The notes: a model not told the origin generated them from the letters alone. Counted from the first letter of the whole stretch, positions 15,068 through 28,350 are shown. The stretch is DNA of 63,435 nucleotides, filler included, from Klebsormidium nitens (GCA_000708835.1; 5 parts of 5 records of this genome joined end to end with filler, not necessarily neighbours in it); one strand, 5' to 3'. Numbers and translations: made by a program.

Positions 15068-18000
15068 GTCCCCTGCTACGGCCCGCTGCTGGCCGCCCTG
15101 CGTCTGTGTCCCTGTGCCACGCTGATGCTGTCCGCCTCCGCTGCTCCCCCGCTGCTGTCCCTGGGTGGCACCCCCGCCCGGTCGCGGGCCTGCTGGCTGT
15201 GTTCCTGGTCCGGTGGCATCCGGCTCCTCATCCGAGTCGTGAGGGCTGCGTGGCCCGCCGCCAAGCCGTCGACGAAGTGTAGCTAATGCGCGGTCTGGTG
15301 CAGGTGCAATCAGGGCCGAGAGGATGCAGATGAGGGCGTTGGCGGCGAGGACCGAGTTCGCCGCCACCTGTCAAAGGGAATATGCGAGCAGCCCGATCAG
15401 CGGCAGGGACTCTACGTTCGTTGGGCAGTCGCCTTCCGAGTTGTCCGCCACCGCCTGCAACGCCATCTGAATCATCCCCATCCAGGTGAAACTGGTGACG
15501 TCAGCGGCGGGCTGCTCGTTTGCTGGCAGCTGCGTCGTAACTGCGACAAGCAGGCGAGACAGGCGATCCGCCGGAGTGCCCCGGCCCTGTACCCAGGCCC
15601 GTCCCGCTGACTCGTCCGCTCCTGTGCCACCCGCACTCCGCAGCGACGCGCTGAAGGCCCGTTTGGGCGGCCCCCCCTGCTGCGAACTACCTTTTCGCTT
15701 CCCCGCGGCTACTGCTGGCCCTCGCGCTCCCTCCGTGCTGCTCGCACGCGGCGTCTGCGGAGTCTCCCGTCTCCGGCTGCGCTTCTTGGCCGGCGGCCCG
15801 TCCTCTCCGTCATCTCCGCCGCTGTCGTCGTCCTAGTCGTCCCCTGCTGCAGGGCCGGTCGCAGGCGCAGCCGGAGGAACAGGTCCGGTGCGGAACGGCT
15901 GAAGCGCGGAGAGGTCCTTGACCCGCGTCACGTAGAGCTGCGTCCCTAGCGGCACCCCTGGGACAAAGAAACCCTGCAAACCGCTGGCACCCGGAAACTC
16001 CGAGGGCCATCTGCTCGGGTACTTGGCAGCACGGTCCGTGCAGCCCGCGGCCCAACCCCTGATAACTTGGCTGCCCCTGAGTCTAGCTGGAGCCTGGTCG
16101 CGCCACGCCAGGTACTCGTCGTAGGCGCTCACCTCCTTTCGTGCGCCCCCCCTCTGGAAGCCCCGAGTCTCCAAGAATCCTGCCGGCACCTCGTGCGGCT
16201 TCAGTCGCCGTCACCCGGTAGGTCTTCTGCTGCAGCATGTAGTAGGGAAAGAGCGCGCTCTCCGCCAGTGGCTCCACGATGTCCCGCCACTCCGTGCTCG
16301 CGTTCCAGCTGCCCATGTACGCGAGATGCACGAACCGCTGCTCCCCGTCGCCAACCTCCCGCTTGCGGACTGGGTCCACAGCGAAGCGCCCCACGATCCC
16401 CGAAATCTCGCGGTTGTCCAGGCTCGCCAGGAACGTCCGCAGGTCCCCGTCAAGACCGTCCATAAGGGAGTCTGGCAGGTCGCAGATCGCGATCAGGTGC
16501 ACCCCGTCCATCGTCACGCTCTCCGAACTGAAGCGGAAGTAGGGGTGGCCCAGCTGCAAGTCTCGCGGCTGCGTGCAACTGCGGGGATCGAACCTGAAGG
16601 TCAGAAAGTGGTGAATGCCGGGGAACCCGGGCTTGGCCTGATGCCGGAGGTGAACCTAGGCCTCGAGATCGACGGCCAACGGCAGCAAGTCCCGCACGCG
16701 GGGGCGGACTTCGAACAGCGCTCTGTCCGAAGCTGTTGTTTCCGCCTCCTTCCTGCCAAGCCGCTCCACTGCCGTCCCCGTGTCGCCCCACTGGTCCTTC
16801 GAGCACCCCGGAATCAGCGGCACGAGGACGGGCTGTCCCTTCTTCTCGAGCTGCACCAAGTAACCCAGGGCCCAAGCGTTACTGGCCAATGTGGTCTGCG
16901 TCTCGTCCGTCGAGTAGCCCACGAACCGCCCCAACTCCCAAGTGAGCGAATTCCCGTCCTTTTCTGCATTAAGCTCCCTGCTCCACACCGCCTCCATCGA
17001 CGTCCCCTCGCTGATCTGCTGCATCATCCGCTCAAGCAACGGCCCCGGCAACCCCAGCAACTTCTCGTCCTCGCCTTCGACCCCGTCCATTACAAACTTG
17101 GTCCGCTCCGTTGGGTACTTCTCTACCCACTTGGTTAGCATGTTCCGCCCCGCTTCCCCGAGCTGGCGTGGGCCCCCCTTCCTGAAAACAACTCCGTTCG
17201 CAAGCTCGTCTGGGGATGGCTGGAAGACATCGTCCGCCTCGAACTCCTCCAAGATGTCCATCTCCGGATTCGGGAACGGTTCTTGCTGGGAGAGATACTT
17301 TTTATACTTTGGGAGAAGTGCGGGGAAGAGCCTCCTGTCCCAGTCATCCTCGTCAACTGCACCAATGTCTGCAAGCAGGAATCTACGCAAAGCCGCCACA
17401 TCAGCCGGCTCCACGTTCTCCGCTCTCTCCAAGCTCGGCCCCGCAGCAACTCCAGTCGCTCCTCGCCTTTTGCTCCCACGTCCACGTGCCCCCACGTCCA
17501 CGGCCTCCTGCGCCTCGGGCTCCGCCTCCTCGGCTGTCTCCTCGGGGGATGCCTCCCGAGCCTCCTCAACGGTCTCCGCCGTCTCCTGGCGTAGCAGCCC
17601 CTGCGGCTCAGGGGCAGGAATCTGTGCCAAGGCCCGAGGGAAGCCCTTCTCCCGCTGCTCCGCCCCAAAGTAATGCCCCGCAAGCTCCCTGTATTTTTTG
17701 TTCGTCCGTCCCCTTGGCAATAGCCAGCCTGAGGATCACATGATTGGCTACAGCCCCCTGTTCCCCGACAAGGGCATTGGCAAGACCAATCATCTCGCTC
17801 AACAGTTTCTTCCGCTCTCCCCCCGGCTTCATCCCGAAGCGTGGCACCAAAGCCTGCAGCCTCTCTATGTCGAAACCCTCTTCCCCGTGCAAATCCCACA
17901 CGTTGTGCAGCCCTGGGTCCCAGGATTTCCCCGTTTCTGCCATTTTTGCAACTTTTGCAACTTTTTCTGCCTCCAAACTGCTGTTTGGCACACTGCCCGC

Positions 18001-18459
18001 CTGACCCGCAACCGGCACCGCTGCCCCGTGCTCTACGGAGCTGCGGGCTATCTCTCCCGCAGGGCCAGCTGGCTGCTCCGCAGGTCCTGCTGGTCTGGCA
18101 GCCCCGCTGGCTGCCAGATCTGGCAGGCCTGCACCTGCAGGCCTGCCCGCAGCTTCTGCGGTCTGCCCCGCAGCTTGGCTGGCTGCGGGCTGCTCCCCCG
18201 CTGTGCCTGCACTCCCGGGGTGGGCCTCTGCTGTTGCGGAAGTGGGGGCAGCTGGCAATGCTGCCTCCCTGCTGCTGGCAGCCTGTTCTGCTGGTTGCTC
18301 CGCAGCTTCCGCTGCGGCGCCGGGGCCTGGCGCTAGAATTTCGTTGGCCCTCCCGGGCCTCCTGCTGGTTCCCGCGGGCAGCGGGCTAGTGTCTGAGCCT
18401 GGAGCCTCGCCCTTCAAACGTGCTGACTTCCTAAGTTGCCCTTGGGCGCCACCTTGCAT
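15068..18459 (-). pseudogene. Disrupted intron-containing gene of unknown function 3' of the Gypsy pol (possible accessory ORF)
   Basis: A chain of same-strand ORFs (17608-18459, 16656-17720, 16083-16559, 15833-16189, then in-frame continuation to the gap at 15067) is joined by two frameshifts, one or two stops, and a plausible in-frame GT-AG intron (RALFE|LGHPYF). It includes an Ala/Pro-rich N-terminus, acidic tracts and an NLS-like PPAKKRSRRR. Confidence 0.55.
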
Positions 18460-18879
18460 CTTGCTTTCAAGTTCTGATCTGCAAGTGACTGCTGGAACTT
18501 GATCAGCAGTCTTCCCTAACTTCAGAGTTCACAGTGTAACGTGACCTGCGGGAGGTTGTCAACTTTGACTTTGACCTCCACTAAACGCGGCCCAAATTTT
18601 GCCACGTGGCAGCCCCGCGGTTGCCCGCCGGTAAATTGGACCTCGACCGTCGAAAATTGACCCCTCGCGCGCGCGCGGAACTTCTCAAGTCCGCGCGACG
18701 CGCGGCTGCTACCTAAATTAACCGCGAAGGCCGCCCGCGACTCCGCGGTGGGCGAAATTAATTTTCCGCACCCCTCCGCCAAGCGGAACCTCCGGCCGCA
18801 CTTCCCCGTAGAGGCGGAATTAACCGCTCGCGCGCCGCTCCAAACGCGGCGTGCCCCAAACGCTGTTTTTGCGGTCGCG

Positions 18880-21800
18880 CTACTCCCGGACCGCGCCCCG
18901 CGGTTGGTAGGGAAATAGCAGAACGATGTGGCGGGTCCAGCGAAGGCCTTGTGCGTCCTCGATCACTGCGATCTGGCAGGAATCATCGTAAAAGTAGCGG
19001 AAGAAGTACGGGCCTTCCCAGCCCGCGTCCAACTTGTGCTCGCGCCTGTTTTTGCGCATAATCACGACCTGCCCTGGCGTCAGGTTGGCAACTCGATAGA
19101 CGCCCCTGTGCTGGCGCCTCCGGTAGGCCGCCTCGCTCCGCACCTGCGTCACGTCCCGATTGGCTGAAGCGGCGGCCCGCAAGTTGGCCTGGTGTGCCTG
19201 CCTCAGCAAGATGTTGAACCGCCGAGTCGCGGTCAAGTCGCTCACCGCGGCCGTCACGTCCTCTGCGGCACGCTCCTGAGCCTCGTCTGTTTGAGCCTCG
19301 CCAATCATGTACTTGGCTGCCAGAAGGCGTTCTGAGGGCAGCACGGGCTGGCGACCGTAGATGATCTCGAACGGCAAGGCCCTGGTCGCCGTCCGGAAGC
19401 AAATCCTGATGATGAGCAGGGCCAGGAAAAAGTTCTCTGCCCACTTCTGGCCGTGGTCGAGCGCGAGCTTGCGGATATTCTTTGTCAGGATCTTCACGCT
19501 CGACTCGGCCGCTCCGTTCTGCCACGGCGCAAACGGCGTGATCGGCGTGACCTGCGTGCCCATGGCGTCAAAGAGCTCCTTCACCTCGTCCTTGTACAGG
19601 TCGTTGTCCATCACGGCCGTGGCCGGGCAGGCGTGCCCTGCAAACAGGTCCATCTTAGCCCATGCGGCCACCTCCTTGCTCTGCTTGGTCTTCCCAAGGC
19701 CGGCTCCGACCCAACCTGAAAAGTAGTCGTGCCACAGGTACACGTACGTGTAGCCCTCCGGAGTCGGGGGGAACGGGCCGAGCAGATCAACGCCGACCCT
19801 CTCCAAGGGCAAGTCCACCTCCGTGCTAGTCAGCGTGCGCCCGTCCGTCCGCTCGCGAGTCGGTTGGTTCACCGGTTGGCAAGTGGGGCAGCCGCGGACA
19901 AAGTTCGTGACATCTTCTGTGATTCCTTTCCACCAGAACATGTCCCTGATGAGTTTGAGTGTATTGGGTATTGACGGGTGGCCCCCACGGTCGTGGATCT
20001 GCTTCATCACCAGGTCCCTCTCCTCCGCGGTCAGCACGGGCTTGAGTACCGTGGGCCCTGGCACCTGCTTACGTCGGCGCGGTGCCTTGTTCTGAACATA
20101 GAGCCTCCCGTTCCTGACCTGAAATTGCTTAGCCCTGTTTCTGATTCCGCGCCTTGCTTCCTTGCGTCGGCTTGGAGTCCTCCCGCTCAGGTCCGGATAT
20201 TGCCTCTCGAACAGGTACAACGCTACCTCATCGTCGTTGATCAGGTAGTCCAACGGCCGCGGCAGCGGAGAGTGCGCGATGTCAAACTCAGGCTGCTCCT
20301 CCTCGTCCTCGTGGGGGCTAGCCTCTGTCGCGCTCACCTCCGACTCTGGTCCCTCCTCCAGGTTTGCCAGCACGTTCTCCTCCAGATTGTCGCGCGCATG
20401 TGTTTCCAAATTGAGCAGCACGAGCCGCGCCTGCCTTAGAGCTTCCCGTTCTTCTGCGTCCGGATTTGAGATCATGATTGAGAGTGCCACGCGCTCCAGG
20501 GCGGTCGTCCCCTCCAAAAACGGTGCGTCCCCGCCGTTCCTGATGAAGCGCGCCTTCCTCCGGAGCTCGTGCGCGGCGTCCAAAGATTCTTCGTTCTCAA
20601 GGGAGCCGTTCAGATCAGCTTCCCGCAGAGCGGACGCCGTGCGCAGGTAATCTTCGATGTCCCAGCCGAGTGTGGGGTCAAGATCCTGTCCGCGGATTTC
20701 CTCCAAAGCCTCCGCCACGGCGGGGTTCTCCACGGCTGGCTCTAGGGCCTCGCGCGTGCCCTGTGCGGGTTGCTCTAAGTCCAGTTGTGCAGGTCCAAAA
20801 GAGCCGGTACTTCCTTGCACCATTTGGATAGTGGCGGACCTGACCTCCGTATTCGCAGGGGCATCGTCCAGTGCCGCTTCCTCGAACAGAAGTGCCAGGT
20901 CACGTTCCAAACCCGCCCCTGATTCCTGGCGCTCCTTCTGACTCTGCGCTTGGTCCGCGCTGAGCTCTTTCAAAGGCGCGTTGAGTGTGGGCCTTCTGTT
21001 GGTCCGGGGCAGCTCAGGTGTGCGAGGTTCGTTCGCGTCGTCCTGAAAGTCCAGTCTCCTGCGCACCGGCCGCTCCGCTGGTCCCAGTTCTTCGCAGTCC
21101 GACTCGTGCGGGTCATCGTCCTGGTCCAGATGCATAGCCACGCAGTCGATGCAGTTCTTGGCGCGCCACGACACTAAATCCCAGGCCTCTCTTTCCAGCT
21201 CCGCTTCCCTGGAAAAGTACTCCCGCCGGATTCGGTTGCGCGCCTCGTCCATTGATTCCACGTACATGGTTCTGCGTCGGAATTTGTTGTAAGCTCTCCG
21301 CCCGGGAGCAAGCTGGCGCTCTCGCGCATCGAACTGGTTCAGCGGGTACCTCCGGAAGATCTCCCGGAAATCTGGCTTTGCCTTGCCCCGCCATGCCTCC
21401 AAGTACACCTGGCGTTGCTCCTTCCCCTGCTTCTGCCAGCTTTCGAAGGCGGCGCGGTCCCCGCGCATTTTGGCCTGATGTTCGCGATGCCGTTCCTCGT
21501 ACTTCCTCAAGAAGATCGCGTCCATCTTTCCTTCGTAAAGCGCCGCTCTCTCGTCCTGCTCCTCCAGCTCGGCCGCTCCGTAGCGGCGCTCGTTCAGGTC
21601 GACGTCGTCATCTGGTACGGAAGTACGCGCCCCTCTGGCTGCGCTGCACGGCTTGCACGTCCTTGGCTCGAGGAGCTGCGGATCAACCCGCTTCTTTGCC
21701 GGCTTGGTTTGACAGTCTGCAAAGAAGTGCCCTGCTTTGCCGCAATCAGAGCACTCCTTGGCGCTTCGCTCCTGTGCGACGTGGGTTTGGCCCTGGTCGG

Positions 21801-22035
21801 CTGCATTCAGGTCCTCCGCCTCTTGAGTAGGATGATCAACTGCTCCCTCGCTTAGAGCGGCGTCCCGGACGCTCAAGACCATGCGGACTGTAGGGTGGGT
21901 GGGTGGGGTTATTCCAGGGTCCTCCGCCGTACGAAACCGCGGTGAGTTCTTCTGCAACCAGCGGAGTGAAATAAACGCTGGGATGGTGTCATCAAACCGC
22001 TGCCAGGGAGGCGGGTGCCGCAGGCGGCGCCACAA
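18880..22035 (-). pseudogene. Pol C-terminal part: CCHC knuckle, long spacer, integrase
   Basis: CSDCGKAGHFFADC knuckle; integrase zinc finger HDRGGH..CPTC; catalytic core VGVDLLGPF..VMDND..NGAAESSV; C-terminal WEGPYF (GPY/F) motif; no chromodomain visible. Confidence 0.9.
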
Positions 22036-25000
22036 GGGGTCCTCGTCCCGGCGGTTCTACTTGTTGTACGCCTCCTGTACCTCAGGAAAGCGAACGGCCA
22101 GGTCAGCAATCATGATCCTCTCGTGCGCTAAGCGTTCCTGCAATTGTGAGCGCTTCCTGTGCCAGAAGCGGAGCTCGCTCTTGGCCCCGCGCAGCAGGTT
22201 GCGGAGTCCTGTTTCCGTCTCCTGCTGTTCCGGGTCCTCGGGAAAGCGCGTGAGCGGATCCCGCTCTTCCGGAGTGGCGATGTCGAACGTCTCATACAGG
22301 ACCTCCTCGCCGGGTGGCAAGGTTGCAGGTGCGGGCAGTGCGGGAAACGGTGTGGCAATCGGTCCGTAGCTTGATGTGTGCGGCGTCCGTGGCTGGGTCC
22401 CCTGCGTGGATGCTCGCTCAGCGGAGACCCAGGGGGGGTCCTGGCCTTCGGTTTGGGTTGCCCGCCAGCGCGGATCCTGGCGAGCGGGCTTCCACAAAGC
22501 GTACTCCTCCAGCAGGCTCGGCCACGTCCGGGCGCGCGCAATCACAAATCGCCGCTCTGATTCGAACCTCTGAGTTCGGGCTCGAGCCAGCGTGTGCGCA
22601 TACTCAATGGCTTTCTTGAGGGCGTGCAGCGCAGCTCGAGCGGCGTCTGGGCAGCACGGGGAGGACGTGGCACGTAAAAGCTGTCGCTGTCGCTGTCGCT
22701 CGTGTCGGTGCCGGACGTCGACCACACGGGGCTGAAGGACTCGTCCTCTGTGTCCGTGTCAGGTGCGGGGCCTGATCCCCGCAACATGCGAACTGTGGGC
22801 GCCCTGCAAATTGGGCCTGGTGCGGTGGACAGGTCCGGTGCCACGTAGGCCGGCATGTCTTCCAGGTCGCTGGCCTCTTCCCATGGCAACTGGGCCACGG
22901 GGTTGCGCAACAGCGGATCCACGTTCGAGTGCACTCGGCCGGGGCGGTACTCGACCCTGAAGTTGAACTCCATCAGGCGGATGTGCCAGCGCGCGAGTCG
23001 TCCTGTCAAGTTGGTCTGCTGATGCAACCAAACCAACGGGTTGTGGTCAACCCGCACCAGAAACGTGGGCCTGCCGTACAAGTACGACCGGAAGCGGACG
23101 GTCACCGCCCAGACAATCGCCAGTAGCTCGCCGTCCGTGGTGGAGTAGTTAGCTTCTGCGCCGTGCAACGCCCTTGAGGCGAAGGCTACGGGGAGCTCGC
23201 GATCGGCCCCGTCCAGCTGGCTCAGTGTGGCGCCGATACCCAGGCGGCTATAGTCCGTGTCCAGGATGAATGGCCTGTTGAAATCTGGGCGCGCGAGCCC
23301 CTGTNNNNNNNNNNNNNNNNNNNNAGGAAGATCGCGTCCATCTTTCCTTCGTAAAGCGCCGCTCTCTCGTCCTGCTCCTCCAGCTCGGCCGCTCCGTAGC
23401 GGCGCTCGTTCAGGTCGACGTCGTCATCTGGTACGGAAGTACGCGCCCCTCTGGCTGCGCTGCACGGCTTGCACGTCCTTGGCTCGAGGAGCTGCGGATC
23501 AACCCGCTTCTTTGCTGGCTTGGTTTGACAGTCTGCAAAGAAGTGCCCTGCTTTGCCGCAATCCAAACACTCCTAGGCGCTTCGCTCTTGTGCGACGGGG
23601 GTTTGGCCCTGGTCGGCTGCATTCAGGTCCTCCGCCTCTTGAGTAGGATGATCAACTGCTCCCTCGCTTAGAGCGGCGTCCCGGACGCTCAAGACCATGC
23701 GGACTGTAGGGTGGGTGGGTGGGGTAATTCCAGGATCCTCCGCCGTACGAAATCGCGGTGAGTTGTTCTGCAACCAGCGGAGTGAAATAAACGCTGGGAT
23801 GGTGTCATCAAACCGCTGCCAGGGAGGTGGGTGCCGCAAGCGGCGCCACAAGGGGTCCTCGTCCCGTTCCACCTGTTGTACGCCTCATGTACCTCAGGAA
23901 AGCGGACGGCCAGGTCAGCAATCATGATCCTCTCGTGCGCTAAGCGTTCCTGCAATTGCGAGCGCTTCCTGTGCCAAAAGCGGAGCTCGCTCTTGGCCCC
24001 GCGCAGCAGGTTGCGGAGTCCTGTTTCCGTCTCCTGCTGTTCCGGGTCCTCGGGAAAGCGCGTGAGCGGATCCCGCTCTTCCGGAGTGGCGATGTCGAAC
24101 GTTTCGTACAAGTCCTCCTCGCCGGGTGGCAAGGTTGCAGGTGCGGGCAGCGCGGGAAACGGTGTGGCATTCTGTTCGTAGCTTGACGTGTGCGGCGTCC
24201 GTGGCTGGGTTTCCTGCGTGGATTCTCGCTCAGCGGAGACCCAGGGGGGGTCCTGGCCTTCGGTTTGGGTTGCCCGCCAGCGCGGATCCTGGCGAGCGGG
24301 CTTCCACAAAGCGTAGTCCTCCAGCAGGCTCGGCCACGTCCGGGCGCGCGCAATCGCAAATCGCCGCTCTGATTCGAACCTCTGAGTTCGGGCTCGAGCC
24401 AGCGTGTGCGCATACTCAATGGCTTTCTTGAGGGCGTGGTTGCAGCGCAGCTCGAGCGGCGTCTGGGCAGCACGGGGAGGACGTGGCACGTAAAAGCTGT
24501 CGCTGTCGCTGTCGCTCGTGTCGGTGCCGGACGTCGACCACACGGGGCTGAAGGACTCGTCCTCTGTGTCCGTGTCAGGTGCGGGGCCTGATCCCCGCAA
24601 CATGCGGACTGTGGGCGCCCCGCAAATTGGGCCTGGTGCGCTGGACAGGTCCGGTGCCACGTAGGCCGGCATGTCTTCCAGGTCGCTGGCCTCTTCCCAT
24701 GGCAGCTGGGCCACGGGGTTGCGCGACAGCGGATCCACGTTCGAGTGCACTCGGCCGGGGCGGTACTCGACCCTGAAGTTGAACTCCATCAGGCGGATGT
24801 GCCAGCGCGCGAGTCGTCCTGTCAAGTTGGTCTGCTGATGCAACCAAACCAACGGGCTGTGGTCAACCCGCACCAGGAACGTGGGCCCGCCGTACAAGTA
24901 CGACCGGAAGCGGACGGTCACCGCCCAGACAATCGCCAGCAGCTCGCCGTCCGTGGTGGAGTAGTTAGCTTCTGCGCCGTGCAACGCCCTTGAAGCGAAG

Positions 25001-25120
25001 GCTACGGGGAGCTCGCGATCGGCCCCGTCCAGCTGGCTCAGTGTGGCGCCAATACCCAGGCGGCTATAGTCCGTGTCCAGGATGAATGGCTTGTTGAAAT
25101 CTGGGCGCGCGAGCCCCTGC
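21511..25120. repeat. Two diverged ~1.8 kb direct copies (21511-23304 and 23327-25120) either side of a 20-N gap
   Basis: Offset of 1816 at both ends. The copies differ by scattered substitutions and two compensating 4-nt indels. Confidence 0.92.
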
Positions 25121-26700
25121 GCTGCGCATATGGAGTCCTTCAGGGCCTGAAAGGCTGCCCGCTCTGCCTCCTCCCAACGGAACGGAACCCCGTCCTTTGT
25201 CAGCTCGTGCAGAGGCCTCGCTATCTTTGCGAAGTCTTTGATGAAGTGCCGGTAGTAGCCTGCCATACCCAGAAAGCTGCGGATCTCGGAGGGATTGATG
25301 GGATCAATCCAGTCGCGGATTGCGCGAACCTTCTTAGGCGCGGGTAGCAGCAGGTTGTGCGTGACGAGGTGACCCAGGTGCTCGGTCTCGCGCGCGCCGA
25401 AGTGACGTGACTTGCCGGGGCAGAGTTTCAGGTCGATTGTAATGACCTTCTGCAGTACGCGCTCCAAGCCTGCAAGATGAGCGTCAAACGTGGAGGTGTA
25501 CAACAGCGTATCGTCCAAGTACTGAGTCACGCACGCGTCCGGGCCCTGAATTTCCTCCTTGAGCAGCTCGTCCATCATAAGCTGGTATGTCCCCGGAGCG
25601 CCCGTGAGTCCGAACGGCATGCGAAGAAACTCGTACAGGCCCCTGTGGGTCAGAAAGGCTGTTTTGTGTACGTCGTCCGGGTGCACGGGAATCTGCCAGT
25701 AGCCCGCCTGCGCGTCCAGCGTGGTGAAGTAGCGCGCCTCTCCAAGGCGATCGAAAATTTCCGAGATGCGGGGCAGTGGGAACCTGTTTGGTACTGTCGC
25801 CTTGTTGAGCGCCCTGTAGTCAACGCAGAACCGCCACTTCCCGTTCTTCTTGCGGGCTAGTACCACGGGCTGAGCGTAAGGGCTGGTGGAACGGCGAATT
25901 ACGTGCCAAGCCTCCATCGGGTCAACCTGCTTGTCAATCTCCTCCTTCTCAAACGGGCTGTGCAGGCGGCCTGCCCTGCGGATGGGCGGGTGGTCGCCCG
26001 TGTCAATGCGGTGGTAAATGCCGCGTACCAGCCCCAAATCACCAGGATCCTTGGAGAACGCGTGCGGGTACCGGCGAAGCAAGGCGATCATTCTGGCCTT
26101 CTCGTCCGGGCTGAGGCTAGCGGCGAGCTGGAGTTGCGGCTCCACGGCGCGCCACTGCTCCTCGTCGCTGAGCCGGGGAAGGGGCGCTGCTTCCACGGTG
26201 GGCAGGGTGGCCGCGACGCGAACGGTGTCAGGTGGTGACGAGTCGCTCCGGGCTGGCTCCTGGCAATCATCTGGTAAGACCTCGACGCGAAAGCCTTTCC
26301 CTAGTACCAGCGGAAGCAGATCCGACCGTAGCAGGTAGCAAACCTCGTCCACGTCGTGGCCCCGAAACAGGTGGTGGTAGTGTTCAGATAGGTCTTCGTA
26401 CTCCTCGGAGCTGATTCGGGACAAGGTCAGAAGATGGTCGAGCAGGCGCCGCACCTCGTGCATAGAACGGAACATGATTCCAAAGGTGTAGTCCTGGTCC
26501 ACCTGCGGAGTCCCATTAAAGTCAGAGACCCACTCTATGTCGCTCTCGTCGACCTCTCCGTGACCCGGCCCGGTCCGGCGGCGTGGGGCTCCCGTTCGGC
26601 TTGGGGAGCCCGCCTTCGGGGCCAGGGTCTGGATCGCGCTTGGCGGGTGGGCGAGCGGCGTCTGCTGTCTCTTTGCAGGTCCGCTGGACTTTGCGAGCAC
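23689..26700 (-). pseudogene. Pol reverse transcriptase and RNase H
   Basis: KKNGKWRFCVDYRALN, LDAQAGYWQI, MPFGL, YLDD, FLGMAGYYRHFI, FILDTDYS..GATLSQ, NYSTTDGELLAIVWA and DPLSR motifs. Confidence 0.95.
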
Positions 26701-26775
26701 GTCCGCTCAAGAACGTGGCAGGGGAAAGCCGTAACCCCATGGGAATCGACGCGAAGCGCCCCCTGCAGTCGGCCG

Positions 26776-28350
26776 TCACCGGGAACCCGGGAGCGCAGCC
26801 ACGCCGGACCGATCACTACCACGGGCAGGTAGCTCTGCTGAGCGGAAGTAGTCGTCAGGCTCCTCGTCGTCGGATTCCTCGCCAACTAGCGGCGGTGGCT
26901 CGTCCTGGTTGTCCGGGTGCATTTCCGGCGGCGAGCCCTGGCCGCAGTTTTGAGCAGATCCAGCTGCATCCCGCGCTACTTCGGACGGCCCGTCCCTTTC
27001 TGGGTCCCTGCTAGGCCCGTCCGGGGGTGCGCCCGGCGAAGGGTCGTCGCCGCTGTGCCCCTCAGGGTTGGAAGGCCTCTCCTCGCTCCACGAATTGCGG
27101 GGCATCATCGACACGATTCCTGTACGCATGTCAACCTGGAAGCGCCACCCAGGTACGCGGCGGGGCACATGACGTGGAGGACGCCTTGGGGCTGTCCTTG
27201 CAGCCCGCGCTGTGGATTCCTCGTCCTCGCTCTCCGAATCGGAGTCGCCAGGCAGAAGATCTGGGAGGTCGTCATCAGTCGCCTCGCCGGATAGCTCCTC
27301 CCTGCACAAGAGATCAAGGTCGGCGGCGCGTTCTTCCTCAGGATCCTCGAGTTGTTCCTCCGGAGCTTCCACCAGCGGCGGCACGTCCTCGTCTGAGCCT
27401 GGCGCGTCATCGGGTAAATTGTTTTGCGCTGGCGCAGCGAGAGTGTGCTGTCTGTTCTCCGCCAGACCATCTGTCCACGGCGCAGCGGGTAGAACGAGCG
27501 CGTGAGGGACCATAAACTCGCTCAGGTCCAGAAGGCCGGCTTCGTCCGGGGCCTGGTGCAGGTCGTCGTCTGGAAAGTTGTAGCGGAACAGTGACGATGT
27601 CCTCCGGTCCGAGCGGGGCCTGCGTGCCGGTGCGCGAGCGCCGGGCCTAGCGCGGACAGAGCTCGTGGCCACCGAAACGCGCGGCCTGCATTGTACACCC
27701 CGCGGATCGACCAAAGGCAGGGCCAGGCGGCGTTTGCTGTACGGTAGCTGAAACTCGAACCGCTCCTTCTCGAAGTTGATGTGCCCGTTGATCGCTCGCA
27801 TAGACGTCGTGCCCAAGAGAAGATCGTAGTTGATGTGGTCTTGCACAATGAAGCGGGAGCCCAGCTCGAAGCTGCTGCCCATGCCAATTAGAGTGTCCAC
27901 CCAACCAATTGCTACGGTCTCGCGCCCGTCCGCACCTGTAAAAGTGGGTTTGCCCTTCCTGAACTTCGCACCCAAGTCTGCCCTCATCATAGTTTTGAAG
28001 GCCATCACGTTCACGTCCGCGCCAGAGTCGATGCCTCTCGGGCAACGAAGCGCGTCCACGCCTCCAATGCGCACTGGAATGAAAGCGATAGGAGTCTTCT
28101 TTAGCGGGTCGACGAACACCCGCTCCACCGTGCCTCCTCCTTCAACCTTGCGAATTGTGCTCGCTGGTACCAATCTGCGGGCGCCCTGCCTGGCCAGTGA
28201 TTGACCAGCCTTACGCGCGGTGCTCGCTATTTCGCTAACCATGCTTGGGCTTCCGTGCTGAATCAGGGTGTCAGTGGGAACCCAAGCGACCGGGAACGTC
28301 CCAGTGACGGTGGGCACGTTGCTGGCGCCCATCTGTGCGGACGACGCCAT
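26776..28350 (-). pseudogene. Pol aspartic protease plus acidic disordered linker
   Basis: IDSGADVNVM active-site motif and DLLLGT flap-type motif. In frame with the RT ORF across two TGA stops, and in frame with ORF 28435-29043 across one TAG. Confidence 0.85.

Noticed and set aside
16942-17673. Long plus-strand ORFs over the Gypsy/accessory region (e.g. 16326-17138, 16942-17673, 17698-18336)
   Set aside because: These are antisense shadows of GC-rich minus-strand coding sequence with no domain signal.
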